From assembly GCF_041886205.1 (NCBI RefSeq), contig NZ_CP169029.1: a stretch of DNA of 64,000 nt; one strand, written 5' to 3'. The stretch is from Escherichia coli. Lineage in GTDB: Bacteria; Pseudomonadota; Gammaproteobacteria; Enterobacterales; Enterobacteriaceae. Below, piece after piece: positions 63,549 through 64,000 of the stretch. A program made the position numbers and the translations under genes. Numbering within the stretch: position 1 is the first letter of the stretch; each line of letters opens with the position of its first letter. Below the pieces are notes generated by a model. The model worked only from the letters and a program-made list of their open reading frames with translations. It had not been told where the DNA came from and made no database searches.

Positions 63549-64000
63549 AAGAGCAAGGTTTTTCTCTGCTGGAAGTGTTGATTGCTATGGCGATCAGTAG
63601 CGTATTGTTGCTGGGAGCGGCACGCTTTCTGCCTGCGTTACAGCGTGAAAGTTTAACGGGCACCCGTAAGCTGGCGCTGGAAGATGAAATCTGGCTGCGG
63701 GTATTTACCGTCGCGAAGCATCTCCAGAGGGCGGGTTATTGTCATGGCAGCTGTACCGGCGAAGGGCTGGAAATTGTCGGACAGGGTGACTGTATCATTG
63801 TGCAGTGGGATGCGAACAGTAACGGTATCTGGGATCGCGAACCGGTAAAAGAGTCCGACCAGATTGGATTTCGTCTGAAGGAGCATGTGCTGGAAACGCT
63901 ACGCGGTGCGACATCCTGTGAAGGTAAGGGCTGGGATAAAGTCACTAATCCGGATGCCATCATTATCGACACTTTTCAGGTCGTACGTCAGGATGTCAGC
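63539..64000 (+). CDS. ppdB: prepilin-type protein, N-terminal 154 codons (3' end outside the window)
   Basis: '[21 protein letters not shown]' pilin-like leader. Its start overlaps the ppdA stop, and the frame is open to the window end. Confidence 0.8.
   Translation, partial: MPVKEQGFSLLEVLIAMAISSVLLLGAARFLPALQRESLTGTRKLALEDEIWLRVFTVAKHLQRAGYCHGSCTGEGLEIVGQGDCIIVQWDANSNGIWDREPVKESDQIGFRLKEHVLETLRGATSCEGKGWDKVTNPDAIIIDTFQVVRQDVS

Overview
This window is Escherichia coli chromosome. It is collinear with, and inverted relative to, the K-12 interval ygeV-xdhCBA-ygeR-glyU ... yqeG-yqeF-kduID-araE-ygeA-lysRA-galR-omrBA-aas-lplT-tas-ygdRQ-mutH-rppH-ptsP-lgt-thyA-ppdAB. All gene identifications come from reading the translated ORFs and recalling family signatures; no searches were run.

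Three accessory blocks interrupt the core:

1. **A ~13.2 kb integrative island (6106-19268) inserted at tRNA-Gly(CCC) glyU.**
   - It is bounded by a perfect 30-bp direct repeat of the tRNA 3' end.
   - A tyrosine integrase sits at the distal end.
   - Its GC-richer core encodes a serine recombinase with a res-like site, about 1 kb of non-coding DNA, a RecQ-like helicase, and a tightly coupled operon of small genes.
   - That operon includes products resembling T7-group scaffold (gp9) and the N-terminal half of T7-group major capsid (gp10), plus an endonuclease-VII-like protein.
   - Both island ends carry AT-rich cargo that looks like anti-phage defence. One is a cytoplasmic TIR protein fused to an RsiV/PdaC-like DUF3298 domain. 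The other is an AbiTii-like protein with a glycine-zipper tail.
   - These cargo genes and the capsid/scaffold module are the best candidates for something undescribed.
2. **The ETT2 type III secretion island (about 19.3-38 kb).** The eiv half is deleted. ygeQ, epaO, epaS, eprH, orgA-like, orgB-like and ygeH are inactivated, several by 1-bp changes in mononucleotide runs. The small regulators appear intact.
3. **A 556-aa DUF4140/DUF4139 lipoprotein gene between lplT and tas.** As I recall it is absent from K-12.

No CRISPR array, rRNA or IS element was seen.
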